A stretch of 63,950 nt of DNA, the filler included, from Octopus bimaculoides (lineage: Eukaryota), in NCBI RefSeq assembly GCF_001194135.2. It is 6 parts of 6 records of this genome, joined end to end, with 100 filler letters (N's around TTAATTAATTAA, not from the genome) between each part and the next. Parts side by side here need not be neighbours in the genome. Positions count along the whole stretch, not along the records: positions 44,571 to 52,030 come from NC_069007.1; positions 52,131 to 62,825 come from NC_069000.1; positions 62,926 to 63,950 come from NC_068983.1; 3 more parts are not named here. One strand, 5' to 3'. The notes under the pieces were generated by a model. It was given only the letters and a program-made list of their open reading frames with translations, was not told the origin of the DNA and did no database searches. Below, piece after piece: positions 49,546 through 62,974 of the stretch (the first letter of the stretch is position 1; each line of letters opens with the position of its first letter). The position numbers were made by a program, and so were the translations under genes.

Positions 49546-50614
49546 NNNNNNNNNNNNNNNNNNNNNNNNNNNNNNNNNNNNNNNNNNNNNNNNNNNNNNN
49601 NNNNNNNNNNNNNNNNNNNNNNNNNNNNNNNNNNNNNNNNNNNNNNNNNNNNNNNNNNNNNNNNNNNNNNNNNNNNNNNNNNNNNNNNNNNNNNNNNNNN
49701 NNNNNNNNNNNNNNNNNNNNNNNNNNNNNNNNNNNNNNNTAGCATTTAAATATATATGAGCATGTCTCATATATATGAGCAATATATATGCGCATGTCTA
49801 GATATACAATTAAATGCATGAGAAGACATACATAAAACAAAACACACAAATATGCACTTATACATACATACATACATACATACATACATACATACATACA
49901 TACATACATACAGAAATACCGTTGTTGATGTTGAAATTCCAATGAATGAGACTTGGATCTAGGTTAGAAACCGGATTTTTTTCAATTGATAAAAACTCCT
50001 GAAATAAAACTAAAAAAGGACATTCTTTTATTCATACATACATACATACATACATACATACATACGTAATTATTTTCAGAAAGAGAAATCAACCGACTCA
50101 TTCGTACATTCTGTAAAAATATACAAGTAAAAATATGCAAGACTTTTCTCCAAGTTCCAAATGTAAATTTGTCTCTATTAACTCCATCCCAAAGATGGAG
50201 CCTTGTATCTTTGTTGGAAACTGGCTCTCTCCTCAGTGGAAAATTTATAATAATTAAAATACAGAAGAGACGAACATTTATATATTTGAAAAGAATACGC
50301 TATTCAAAAGGCTTGAAGATCACGGATGAAATGTCTGTTGGACGAGCAGACGTGTAGCTGGTTAAGATTTCAAATAGGTATCTAAGTATAGCGTTGATCC
50401 TAATGGAACAACAGGAGATAATCCCATCCTTGGTCTATAAAATCCTCGCTAAAAACCTATTATTGTCAGTTTATCATGAAGCAAGTCTGCCTATCCACAC
50501 CCACGCGGCTTTCATATTAAGGATTAATTTCGATTAGACTTGGTTTTAATCCGGATGTATATTGATCGGGAGAGTGTGTATATATGTAAATATATATGTA
50601 CATAGATATGTATG

Positions 50615-50646
<32 letters not shown>

Positions 50647-51879
50647 TATATANNNNNNNNNNNNNNNNNNNNNNNNNNNNNNNNNNNNNNNNNNNNNNNN
50701 NNNNNNNNNNNNNNNNNNNNNNNNNNNNNNNNNNNNNNNNNNNNNNNNNNNNNNNNNNNNNNNNNNNNNNNNNNNNNNNNNNNNNNNNNNNNNNNNNNNN
50801 NNNNNNNNNNNNNNNNNNNNNNNNNNNNNNNNNNNNNNNNNNNNNNNNNNNNNNNNNNNNNNNNNNNNNNNNNNNNNNNNNNNNNNNNNNNNNNNNNNNN
50901 NNNNNNNNNNNNNNNNNNNNNNNNNNNNNNNNNNNNNNNNNNNNNNNNNNNNNNNNNNNNNNNNNNNNNNNNNNNNNNNNNNNNNNNNNNNNNNNNNNNN
51001 NNNNNNNNNNNNNNNNNNNNNNNNNNNNNNNNNNNNNNNNNNNNNNNNNNNNNNNNNNNNNNNNNNNNNNNNNNNNNNNNNNNNNNNNNNNNNNNNNNNN
51101 NNNNNNNNNNNNNNNNNNNNNNNNNNNNNNNNNNNNNNNNNNNNNNNNNNNNNNNNNNNNNNNNNNNNNNNNNNNNNNNNNNNNNNNNNNNNNNNNNNNN
51201 NNNNNNNNNNNNNNNNNNNNNNNNNNNNNNNNNNNNNNNNNNNNNNNNNNNNNNNNNNNNNNNNNNNNNNNNNNNNNNNNNNNNNNNNNNNNNNNNNNNN
51301 NNNNNNNNNNNNNNNNNNNNNNNNNNNNNNNNNNNNNNNNNNNNNNNNNNNNNNNNNNNNNNNNNNNNNNNNNNNNNNNNNNNNNNNNNNNNNNNNNNNN
51401 NNNNNNNNNNNNNNNNNNNNNNNNNNNNNNNNNNNNNNNNNNNNNNNNNNNNNNNNNNNNNNNNNNNNNNNNNNNNNNNNNNNNNNNNNNNNNNNNNNNN
51501 NNNNNNNNNNNNNNNNNNNNNNNNNNNNNNNNNNNNNNNNNNNNNNNNNNNNNNNNNNNNNNNNNNNNNNNNNNNNNNNNNNNNNNNNNNNNNNNNNNNN
51601 NNNNNNNNNNNNNNNNNNNNNATATATATGTATATATATACACATACATATGTATGTATGTGTGTGTGTTTGTCTTTGGTATGTACATACATATATTTAC
51701 ATATGTATACGTGTGAGTGTGTGTATAATTCACATATACATACGTTCCTGTATACACATATTCAATTAGGTATGTATATGTACATACGTATACATGCGTG
51801 TGTATGTGAATGGCGGTACGTGTGGGTATGTATGCACGTATATGCGTGCGTGTGTGTATGTGTGTATACGTGTGTGTAT

Positions 51880-51930
<51 letters not shown>

Positions 51931-52030
51931 AGTGTGATATCCAGCGGAGCGTAAACTTTAAAGAACTGGCAGTTATGTTTTGAAATTCCAAAGAATACAC
52001 CCTATGGATAGAAATATAATGAAAAGCAAT

Positions 52031-52130
52031 NNNNNNNNNNNNNNNNNNNNNNNNNNNNNNNNNNNNNNNNNNNNTTAATTAATTAANNNNNNNNNNNNNN
52101 NNNNNNNNNNNNNNNNNNNNNNNNNNNNNN
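52031..52130. other. Artificial scaffold join
   Basis: TTAATTAATTAA at 52075-52086. Confidence 0.97.
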
Positions 52131-52995
52131 TGTATGTGTGTGTGTGTGTACATACAAACATATGTATGCATAAATTCATATTCGTAATAGGTATGTATGT
52201 ATATATATGTGTGTTTGTGTGTGTGTGCGTGTGTACGTATGTTCATATTCATAATAGGTATGTATATATGTATATTTGTGTGTTTATATGTGTGTATATA
52301 TATGTGTATAGATATGTGTATGTCTGTATATACATGTGTATGTATACATCTATTCATATTCGTAATAGGCATGTATGTATATGTGTGTGTATTGTGTGCG
52401 TGTGTATGTATGTGTGTATGTATATACACGTACGTATATATATATTTATATTCATAATAGGTATGCATATATATATGCATGTGCGTGTGTATATATGTGT
52501 ATGTATGTGTACATATATATATATGTGTGTATGTGTATTATATATGTGTGTGTTTGAGCACATATATATATGTGTGTGTATGTGTGTATGTGTGTTTATA
52601 TATACATATATTTGTAGTCTACTGTTCCGTTATAAGTACGATCAATAAGAGAAACGTATTTCATTACACTAAAGGATAAACATGATTTAATGTGCACAAT
52701 ATCTAAACAAGATCTGTTAATAGTTTCATGCCATGGAAGCACGATAATTAAGAAGATTTAAATAACGAGCTATGTGTTTCCACGCAATCTCTCAGGTTCA
52801 GTGCGCACAATTAGTCTTATTATGAAAACCAAAACCAAATAATACTGACGACGTCCATTAAACCTGGAAGATTGCTTGAAGGAACGGAACATGATACATT
52901 GTGTAAATCTGACGGCTTTTGTCAAAACATAACGAGAATCAAACACAGACACACTCATTTTTACTTGCATACATAACTGCATATATATAGGATCC

Positions 52996-53180
52996 ACAAT
53001 GAGCAGAACTTACCTGCAGGTATTGGTAGTGCAAATCAGAGGTGCAATCTGTGTGGGTGTTTTTTCAAAACATTGTCTGGTATAAAAAGCCACATCAGAC
53101 GCCATGAAAGGGCTAAGGTGTAGGTGCAAGAGGTGGTCAAACTCTGTGTAAGGAGTAGGCAACCACCATATATATATTAA
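52996..53180 (+). mobile_element. RTE-type LINE extreme 3' end with C2H2 finger and (TA)n tail
   Basis: RCNLCGCFFKTLSGIKSHIRRHERAKV* followed by a short UTR and (TA)n. Confidence 0.65.
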
Positions 53181-53269
53181 TAATATGACAACAAAAGAAT
53201 AAATGAGACCTCTGTATTATGTAAATAGAGGAATTTATCTGTATGATGAAAACTTTCGGTCTTAGCATA

Positions 53270-53690
53270 ACTTCAGATACCAACCTGACGGTTGTTAATT
53301 TCCTAGATGTATCCTTAGATTTAAATAAGAATATTTACAAACCTTATAGGGAGCCCAACGATAGACTTAGATATATTAATGTGGGTTCCTGCCATCCCCC
53401 CTAGTGTTTAAATATTTAGTTAGAAACATTAGCAAAAGAATTTCTAGCCTCTCCCATGATAGGGACATTTTTAATAGCGTTGTCCCAGTATATAATAAGG
53501 CTCTAAAAGATAGTGGATTTAGCGAGAAAAATGCCTATACAACCGTTACCAGTTCAATAATAAAGAAAAGGAAATATAGGAATAGGAGAACTATCTGGTT
53601 CACAACCCCCTTACTCACCCGAAGTGACCTTTAATATTGGTAAATATTTCTTATCACTTATAGAGAGACATTTTCCAAAAGGTTTATCTT
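53270..53690 (+). mobile_element. Penelope-like RT thumb and linker fragment
   Basis: VVNFLDVSLDLNKNIYKPYREPND..YINVGSCHPP, RISSLSHDRDIF...VYNKALKDSG, RRTIWFT.P, NIGKYFLSLIERHFPK. Confidence 0.88.
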
Positions 53691-54409
53691 TCCGCCCCGA
53701 CATCCGAAACAGGCAAAAAAGAAAGAAATAAAGACAGGTCTTTCGTGGCCTTCTTTCCTCAGTCAAGTACCAGAAGTCATGACTGTTTCGGGCAGTTACA
53801 CTTGAGAGTGTTCGATCTGGCTGCCCATCAAACAGTCTAAGCTAAGCGCATTAGACCCGTTTGTACGAAAGCTAGCGAATGTATACGGCAACAAAGACAA
53901 AAAACGGAGAACGTGGTACACAATTACGAATACAAACAACAAGGAATAACAACGGGCTTTCGACTGAGAACGAATCAAATTGAACTGGCGTGTATGAAGT
54001 GAAAGCCTAAAGGCAGGAACATAGGAGATGGACATAAGAGGTGTTAGCGGTCGGCAGTCAGGCCAAGATGGCAGTCAGACCAAGAAGGGTAGGGGATACA
54101 TAAATTTGATTATAGGTTATGTTAGCCTCTTGAAGGGATGGTCTCATCCAAGGAAATACTGGTTGAATACCTGATGTTTTGGAGTAATTGATTTTCTTAA
54201 AATAATAGGTATATATATAAAACCATATAGTTTTATATTCATATAAAAGATGAAAAAAGAAAATGGAGATTGGAAAGTTAAATGCTTATTATTAACAACA
54301 AATCAATACGATGATGATTGATTTGTTCTTAATTATCATCAATTATTAATTTCCCAATCTCCATTTTCTTCTTCTTCTTTTATATATATATATATATTCT
54401 TGTATTCTT

Positions 54410-54644
54410 TTATTCTTTTACTTGTTTCAGTCATTTGACTTCGGCCACGCTGGAGCACCCCCTTTAGTCTAGCAGATTGACCCCAAGACTTATTCTTTGT
54501 AAGCCTAAGTACCTATTATATCGGTCTCTTTTACCGAAGCGCTAGGCTATGGGGATGTAAACACACCAGCATCGGATGTCAAGTGATGTTGGGGGACAAA
54601 CACAGACACATGAATATGTACAACCATATATATATATATATATA
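54410..54644 (-). mobile_element. SINE family B 3' half; remainder in gap
   Basis: Homologous to 25612-25825. Confidence 0.85.
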
Positions 54645-55537
54645 NNNNNNNNNNNNNNNNNNNNNNNNNNNNNNNNNNNNNNNNNNNNNNNNNNNNNNNN
54701 NNNNNNNNNNNNNNNNNNNNNNNNNNNNNNNNNNNNNNNNNNNNNNNNNNNNNNNNNNNNNNNNNNNNNNNNNNNNNNNNNNNNNNNNNNNNNNNNNNNN
54801 NNNNNNNNNNNNNNNNNNNNNNNNNNNNNNNNNNNNNNNNNNNNNNNNNNNNNNNNNNNNNNNNNNNNNNNNNNNNNNNNNNNNNNNNNNNNNNNNNNNN
54901 NNNNNNNNNNNNNNNNNNNNNNNNNNNNNNNNNNNNNNNNNNNNNNNNNNNNNNNNNNNNNNNNNNNNNNNNNNNNNNNNNNNNNNNNNNNNNNNNNNNN
55001 NNNNNNNNNNNNNNNNNNNNNNNNNNNNNNNNNNNNNNNNNNNNNNNNNNNNNNNNNNNNNNNNNNNNNNNNNNNNNNNNNNNNNNNNNNNNNNNNNNNN
55101 NNNNNNNNNNNNNNNNNNNNNNNNNNNNNNNNNNNNNNNNNNNNNNNNNNNNNNNNNNNNNNNNNNNNNNNNNNNNNNNNNNNNNNNNNNNNNNNNNNNN
55201 NNNNNNNNNNNNNNNNNNNNNNNNNNNNNNNNNNNNTATATATATAGTACATGTGATGTGCGTATGTACACGTTTATATGTAATCAGCCAATTATATACT
55301 TTAGCAATTACCATTATGTCATTATTTCTTGGATTCAATTAGGTTCGTTTCCGTTTGAAAAATATAAATACAGATTGGAGAAATGGATGGAACCAATATT
55401 TGTTGGACGTGATGGCTCCGGTGTCCTGCCTACCGACATTGCAGCATCGGCAGTTGTTGTGGTAGTGTCGGTGGCGATGTTGGCGATACTAGTGGTGGAG
55501 GTGGTGGTGGTGGTGATGGTGACGACGCTAGTAGTAG

Positions 55538-55595
<58 letters not shown>

Positions 55596-55814
55596 GCCGT
55601 GCTTTCGGACTAGTCGTATGTAGGTTTGTGGTAATGAAGACGTGGCTGATGTCGATGATGGTGATGACACTTATNNNNNNNNNNNGTGGTATTAGTAGTG
55701 GAGGTGGTGGTGGTGGTGGTGGCGGGAGTTAGCGGCGGTGGTGGTGGTGCTGTTGCTGCTGTTGGCGCTGATGCTGGTAGCGGTTGCGGCGACGGTGGTG
55801 ATGGTCATCGTCGT

Positions 55815-55858
<44 letters not shown>

Positions 55859-56506
55859 GTGTGTGTGCATGTATGTTTGTGTGAGTTTTTGACTGCAAAA
55901 GTGTATATAAGACAGACTAAATATATATTATTTCAAAAGGAATATCAAAGAAATGCGTTGCACGCTTTGTGGTGTGTTACGTAATTCTTATCACCTACTT
56001 ATTGTTGTATGGTTTTTCTTTTAAATCGATATTAAAGAAGTTCTTCTGGAGACACACCAACGATTATAAGTGGAGAGTAACGCCAACTGGTGATTACCTT
56101 GCCTGCGTCATACAGCAGAATCTACCAGCGTATATCATTCTTCGTTTCCGGCTCCTCCTCTTCCTCCTCCTCCTCCGTGTTATTCTCATTCTTTTCTCCT
56201 CCTCCTCCTCCTCCTCTTTCTCTTTCTTCTCTTTCGTTTTCTTTTTGTTGTTCTTCTGTTCCTCCTCCTCCTGCTCGTTCTTCTTCTTCTTCTCCTTCTT
56301 CTTCTCCTTTTTTCTTCTTCTTCCCCTCCCCTTCTCATCATCCTCTTCTTTCTTTTCTTCACCGCCTTCTCCCCTCCTTTTTCTTCTTTTTTCTCTTTTT
56401 CTCTTTCGTCTTTATTGTCTTCGTCTTCTTTCAATTCTTCTCCTTGTCTTACTCTTCCTGCTTCTTCCCCATTTTCTTCTTTTTCCTCCCCTCCTCCCCT
56501 TCTATC

Positions 56507-56538
<32 letters not shown>

Positions 56539-56685
56539 TCATTATTATCATCATCCCCAGTAACGCTACAAGATTCAGCATCGTCTTTATCATCAACATA
56601 GTCGTCGTCGTCATCATCACTATCATAATCTTTATCATCATCCCCTTCATCAACATCTTTATCATCATCATGGCTCCCGCTATTA

Positions 56686-56720
<35 letters not shown>

Positions 56721-57444
56721 TACAACTTTTACCACTCATACATTCTTAATTTCTGACGATATCACTCAGCAACCAATGAGAAATTGCCACGTCATTGTTA
56801 AAAACTATACCCAGAAACAAAAAAAGAAAACGAAAAACACACACACACACATAAGATAGCCAAACGTTTCTTTACACAAGCAGAGCAACTGATGTCTGGA
56901 AGATGAATGTTTGAACTAAATCCAAAATATAAACTGGAGTTTCAAAACTGTTTCGCTTTTTTACTGTTTGACTTTTTGGTTTTCACTTTACAAGTAACAG
57001 CTATAAAAAGTTCCATATACTTCTAATTCATACACAACGTCTGCCTGTCTATTTACTTCTTTATTTTTCTCCGCCGTCCGCGTCTCTCTATTTATCTAAC
57101 CACATGTCTGTGTGTCTATGTAAAAATTTAACGCTGCGTACTGGCTGAATTTTCGGCATGCTGTATAGAAATCCTAGCAGTATCTGTTCCGATTCTCTCT
57201 GCAAACTAATCTGATTTCAAATTCCACCAAGGTCATTGTTGTCTTTCATTCTTTTCGTGTGTTGAGAAGCAAAAGTACCAATTCAAGTTATAATACCTTC
57301 TCCGCTACATTTCATGTATAAATATTTATATATAAACCATACTATAATCAAGGATCAACATGTTTATACAAATAAATAAAAGGAAACCCATTGCCTAAGA
57401 AAATACTGTAAAATTTATCCTCGGTCGGTTACGATGAGTTTTTC

Positions 57445-57728
57445 AGTTGGTCTAACCAGCATAACAGCCTGCTTGTGAAATAAATGCTCAAGTGGCTGAG
57501 CACCCCTCAGACACGTGTACTCTTAACGTCGTTCTCAGGGAGATTCAGCAAGACACAGAGTGTGACAAGGCTGGCCCTTTGAAATACAGGTACAACTCAT
57601 TTTTGCCAGGTGAGTGAACTGGAGCACTATGAAATAAAGTGTCTTGCTCAGGCTTTCAAGACGCCGCCAGAAATCGAACTCATGACCTCGTGAGCCGAAT
57701 ATTTTAACCACTAAGCCACACGCCTTCA
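57445..57728 (-). mobile_element. SINE family D copy
   Basis: GAGTGAACTGGAGCA...GAAATAAAGTGTCTTGCTCA...AATCGAACTCATGACC shared with 3637-3762 and 5696-5824. Confidence 0.8.
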
Positions 57729-57761
57729 CTTCACCCATCATTAATATTTTGTATATGAAAG

Positions 57762-58190
57762 ACGGCGATCTGGCAAAAACGTTAGCTCGCTGGGTGAAAT
57801 GCTTAGCGATGTTCCGACTGTCTTTACGTTTTGAGTTCAAATTCCACCGAAGTTGTCTTTCATCCTTTCGGGATCGATAAAGTTGCGTACTGGGGCCGAT
57901 CTAATCGACTTGCCCTCTACCCCAAAATATCGGGCCTTGTATACCTGGAGCAGAAAAGAATATTTAACATGTTAGAGGCGACGAGCTGGCAGAAACGTTA
58001 GCACGCAGGGCGAAATGCTTAGCGGTATTTCGTCTGTCTTTACATTCTGAGTTCAAATTCCGCCGAGGTCGACTTTGCTTTTCATCCTTTCGGGATCGAT
58101 AAATTAAGTACCAGTTGCGTACTGGGGTCAATTTAATTGAGTGGCCCTCTCCCTAAGAATTTCGGGCCTTGTGCCTAGAGTAGAAAATAA
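57762..58190 (+). mobile_element. Head-to-tail pair of family C copies, CpG largely intact
   Basis: Two collinear copies at 57762-57958 and 57976-58190. Confidence 0.9.
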
Positions 58191-58404
58191 CATTTTGTAT
58201 ATGAAAAACAGATTTAAATGAATATTCAATAGACAAACTGTAATGCGTAAGGAAGAAAAAAAACCCCGATGAATCTGTTGTGATTCTCTCTGTGCCCTGA
58301 GTTCACATCATGCTAAGGTCAAGTTTCTTTCTTAATTTCTGACGATATCAATCAGCATCCAATGAGAAATTGCCACGAAAAAAAATCACACCAACATCAG
58401 TTGT

Positions 58405-58830
58405 CAAGCGATGGTAGGAGGGGACACACACACACACACACACACATGATTGGCTTTTTTTAGTTTCCGTCTACCAAATCCACTCACAAATTTTGGATCG
58501 ACCTGAGGCGATAGCAGAAGGCTAAGGTGGCCCAAGGTGCCACGCCGTGGGATTGTACCTGGAACGATGTGGTTTGGAAGCAAGCTTCTTACTATATATC
58601 CACGTATAATAACAAATCTCTGTAGAATATATATGTATGTGTGTGTGCGTGTGTGTGTGTGTATTTGACAGGATTGCACACAGTTTCCATCTGCCAACGC
58701 CACTCACAAGGAGTTGTCGGTACGAAACTAGAAGACTTTTGCTCAAGACTCTGAGCAGTGGGATTGAACCTGAGGCAACGGTTGAAAATCGAGGTACTTA
58801 ACCACTCGGCCCTACCATCGCCTGTAGAAT
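58405..58830 (-). mobile_element. Two adjacent diverged SINE family B copies
   Basis: TTTCCGTCTACCAAATCCACTCACAA...CCCAAGGTGCCACGC at 58460-58550, with a second, more decayed copy at 58660-58830. Confidence 0.75.
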
Positions 58831-60616
58831 TCTACTTCTACAAATACAGTGTTTAGTATTGTTGAGTGACAAAATCGATAAGGGTCACTTAAAATACTTG
58901 ACGCATTTTCTTCTGACTCTGGGTCCAAATCTCCCTTTTCATTCTTTAGTGGTCGATTGAATACAGTCACCAGAATCAATAAGATCGATTAACCCCCTTC
59001 CTTCAAAGCTGCCTTTTTGGGGGGCTAACTCAGAAGATATCACAAATACAACTCTAACGATTGTTGAATGATAGAATCGTAAGAATATTAGAAAACATGT
59101 TTTGTAGTGTTTCGTCTGAATGTTAAAGTTCTGAGTTCAAATCTTGCCGAAGTCAACTCTGTATTTTTATTCTCTGAGGTGTATAGATTAAAATACCAGT
59201 TAAGTAGAGGGTTTACCTAAATCGAAAAACGCCCTCCTTCAAAGTTCAGGCGTTGTACCTTTTTTAGAATCAAGTTATTAAAGAAATGGTGACGTCTACT
59301 TTTTATATTGAATGAAGACAAGAGAGATATCGAGGAAATATTAATTATATAAAAATGATCAAATGGAATAGAGGGAGGAGGCCATCTGTTTCGGTCTTAT
59401 TGGAATCTCTTCAGAAAAGGTTAACTTAAGTGCGACAGCAGATCCTAGAAGGGCTAGAAAAGTCTGTAGAATTTCTCTAGAGTCGACGTAGTCTCGGGCT
59501 ATAAGATTAGAAGCATACCCAGAGACCTCTCCTCAATCACCAATAAAAATACGAACATAATATCCACCACCTCGTCTAATACATCAACATCACTGGTATC
59601 AACAAGAATATAGAGTCCATCTTCCCGACAACCAGCACTGCAACTTCGTATATCTTACCAGCAATTATATCGTTAGCACCGCCACCACTTTTACAAACAG
59701 AATCACATTCACTAGAGTAAACATAATCAATACTACCCTCACTAAAATCGCTAGCAAACCCACCATCTTGTCTAACACCCCGACATCATTACCATCAGTA
59801 ACACCACCGCCAACACCATCTTTATTCCAGATCATACAACGACTGCAACACTCACCTCCACGTTGGCTATCCGTCACGAACACTACCATCGTCAGCACAG
59901 CATTACTTCTGCTGCTAATAGGAATACGTTTCCCACTAGAATCACTAACACTACATACATAATCATTTATACAGTAAACATGACAATTACCACCACAACG
60001 ACCACTGCTACCAAGAGTACAACACGCCACCAGTCCTACTTCGTCTACTGCGCCACCATCAGCTGCAACTTCACCAGCAATACAACAACAACAGCAACAA
60101 AAGCAACAACAACAATAACAACGGCAAGAAATTCAACGAAAAATGTAACAAGAATAAAGCAGCTACCAGCTATAATAACTACTATAAACAATAGCGGTTT
60201 TCTATTATTGTTGAATGCTGTTTTGCTGAACACTGCTACGACCACGAGGACTATTAGAAAGTCCGTCACCATCATCGGTGCAACGACAACAACAACAACA
60301 ACAGACGCATCACAGACGCTACCACAGTTACCAGCTCACCATCACCACACCTTTGCTCCCAGCCCTACTCCAACAACCATCTAGAGTTATTATTAATATA
60401 TTGCTGTCGCCTATTTATGCATATGTGTGTGTGTGTCTGCGTGTTTGTATGTGTACGTGCTTGTGTATATACGTGTATATATATTACTATGTATGTATAT
60501 TTACACACACATATATATATATGTATATGCATGCATGTATGTATATATATATAAGCATACATATACACCTAAACGTATATATATTTATATATGTGTTCGT
60601 ACACACACACACACAT

Positions 60617-60662
<46 letters not shown>

Positions 60663-61302
60663 ACTTAGAGTAAAGACTAAACAATGAGGATCCGACTAAG
60701 ATGAGTTCTTCAAAATTGTGTTTCTATTCAGAAAGTCACAAAGGATAAGATTCTTCTCGAAAATATGATTATGTTCTCTTGTAGGAAGATATTTTGGCTT
60801 CTATCAGAATAAAAAAAGAAACAAATACAGAAACAAACATGGCGACGACAACAACAACAACAATAAAACGAGTAACAACAATAACAACAATTTGTGAATG
60901 AGAAAAAAATTGAACAAGAAAGAAAATGAAAATAGAAGGGTGAAAAATAATGGAAGCGAAAGATATGTATATACGTTTGTGAGTGTCTGCTTGTGTAAAT
61001 ATATGTGGATATAGATACATATATACATATATGTGTACCTATGCGTTTCTATATATAGACATGTATATGTATGTACGTATGTTTGTAAGTATGTATATAT
61101 ATTTATATGTATGTATGTATACACATGTATGTATACATATGTATGTGTATATATAAATATGAAAGCAGGCACATTTTGTTTCTCTTTCATTTTGCTTATG
61201 TGTGTGTCTTTAAATGTATGAAAACATACATACATCAACACGTGTACACACACATACACACATCAATGTGTTTATGTGTATATGTATATATATACATATA
61301 TG

Positions 61303-61370
<68 letters not shown>

Positions 61371-61489
61371 TAGGTAGGTAAGGGAGGTAGTTAGGCATAT
61401 ATATCTATGTTTGTATAAAGTTGTGTGTATGTATATATAAATATATATATATAGTTGTGTGTAAGTTTAACAACAACAACAATAGTAAT

Positions 61490-62035
61490 GCAGTACCTGG
61501 CGCTGGTTATCATGGTTTCTGACCTTAAGTGACTGGAAGTGTTATCATGTACATGTATTGTCGTCGTGTAAAAGATGGGCTTCAACAAATGTTCTGCTCA
61601 ATACCACAGATTTCCTTACAGTTGTTTGACCTTAATCAGCTAAGCATGTCCCTTGGTGGCTGACGATATGTGCTCTTCTAATCACGAGCAGAAGTAGTGG
61701 CGGAGCTCTACAGTCATGTGTTAAGACGATTTATTTGGGGTTTGAATAATTCACCTCCGAAAAATAGTTGTTTCGTTTAATATTTTTAAACAGCCCTTAT
61801 TCAGGGACCATTTGAGCAGGATAGACTATTCGAGCTGAAGGAACTTCTAAATGGACCCTGCATGCAAAGTCATGTGCCCTTTATTTTGATATGAGATCAC
61901 CGTGTCGCGTACATATGGTTGTGATGCATGTGCCTGGTGTACCCTTATCAGACGGGTAGTCATGATGGGTATAATTGGTTTCGTATGTATTTCACCCCAG
62001 TGTCACTTTGATGGCATGAACTGCTCTCTCACATA
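61490..62035 (-). mobile_element. Probable interspersed repeat of about 540 bp between (AAC)n and (ATA)n arrays
   Basis: Complex non-coding block bounded by trinucleotide arrays; resembles a repeat recalled from octopus sequence. No second copy in this window. Confidence 0.4.
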
Positions 62036-62669
62036 ATAATAATAATAATGATAATAATAATAATAATAAGAAGAAGAAGAATGATTTTATTAAGGATGGG
62101 GAGAACAATACAAAGACCAGATATAAAGTGCGGAGGTTTACACATAATGAGATGATGGTGATGGTGATGATGATGATGATGATCACAATGATGATTTGTC
62201 ACACAGACAGCGAAATCAGGACTGGTTGCATACATTGTATTCGTAAACGCAGAGGGAGGATCAACGAAATAATGATGGGGGTAGAAAATTTGTCAGAAAT
62301 ATAAATTATAAAATTCTACAAGCATGACATTAAAAAAAAAAACAAAAAAAAAACCAATGCTTGGCATACAAGAAAGTATTCCCACCTTTCTATGAGATCA
62401 TGTGGGTATGTTCCTATGCATACATGTATGTCAATACATACACACGTACATGTATATACGCAAACAAATACATACGCACATATATACATATATATATACA
62501 TATATATATATATACAGGTATAAGAAGTTAGAGGTGTTTAAAGCCCCTAAGGGATAGATATATCCAAAGTCACTTCTTGTAATTACCTCAGTAGGTATAG
62601 TCCGTGGTAAAAGGTATACCGCAGTAGGTAATTTAGCGGGTAATTGTAGTCTATATATACATATGCAGG

Positions 62670-62718
<49 letters not shown>

Positions 62719-62825
62719 ATCTATATATGTTCAAATATATATATACATATACATATATATATACATATATACATACATATATATATATATACATACATAT
62801 ATATATATATACATACATATATATA

Positions 62826-62925
62826 NNNNNNNNNNNNNNNNNNNNNNNNNNNNNNNNNNNNNNNNNNNNTTAATTAATTAANNNNNNNNNNNNNNNNNNN
62901 NNNNNNNNNNNNNNNNNNNNNNNNN
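62826..62925. other. Artificial scaffold join
   Basis: TTAATTAATTAA at 62870-62881. Confidence 0.97.
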
Positions 62926-62974
62926 TATATATATATATATATATATGATATAATTAAGATTCATTTGAATTAGG

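Noticed and set aside
49945-49975. GAAACCGG motif with an upstream hairpin, hammerhead-like
   Set aside because: The 5' core and cleavage triplet do not fit; too degenerate to call.
50160-50520. Possible PLE RT remnant on the minus strand; possible LINE remnants at 45480-45960 and 600-900
   Set aside because: Only isolated, ambiguous motif resemblances that I could not place in consistent order.
56753-56783. Hammerhead from CTGACGA…GAAA (also 58339-58369)
   Set aside because: Stem II pairs poorly and no stem III/NUH or stem I partner is present.
59665-60384. Thr-rich mucin-like ORFs
   Set aside because: A decayed (ACC/ACA/AAC)n tract with frame switches and no exon boundaries or signal peptide.
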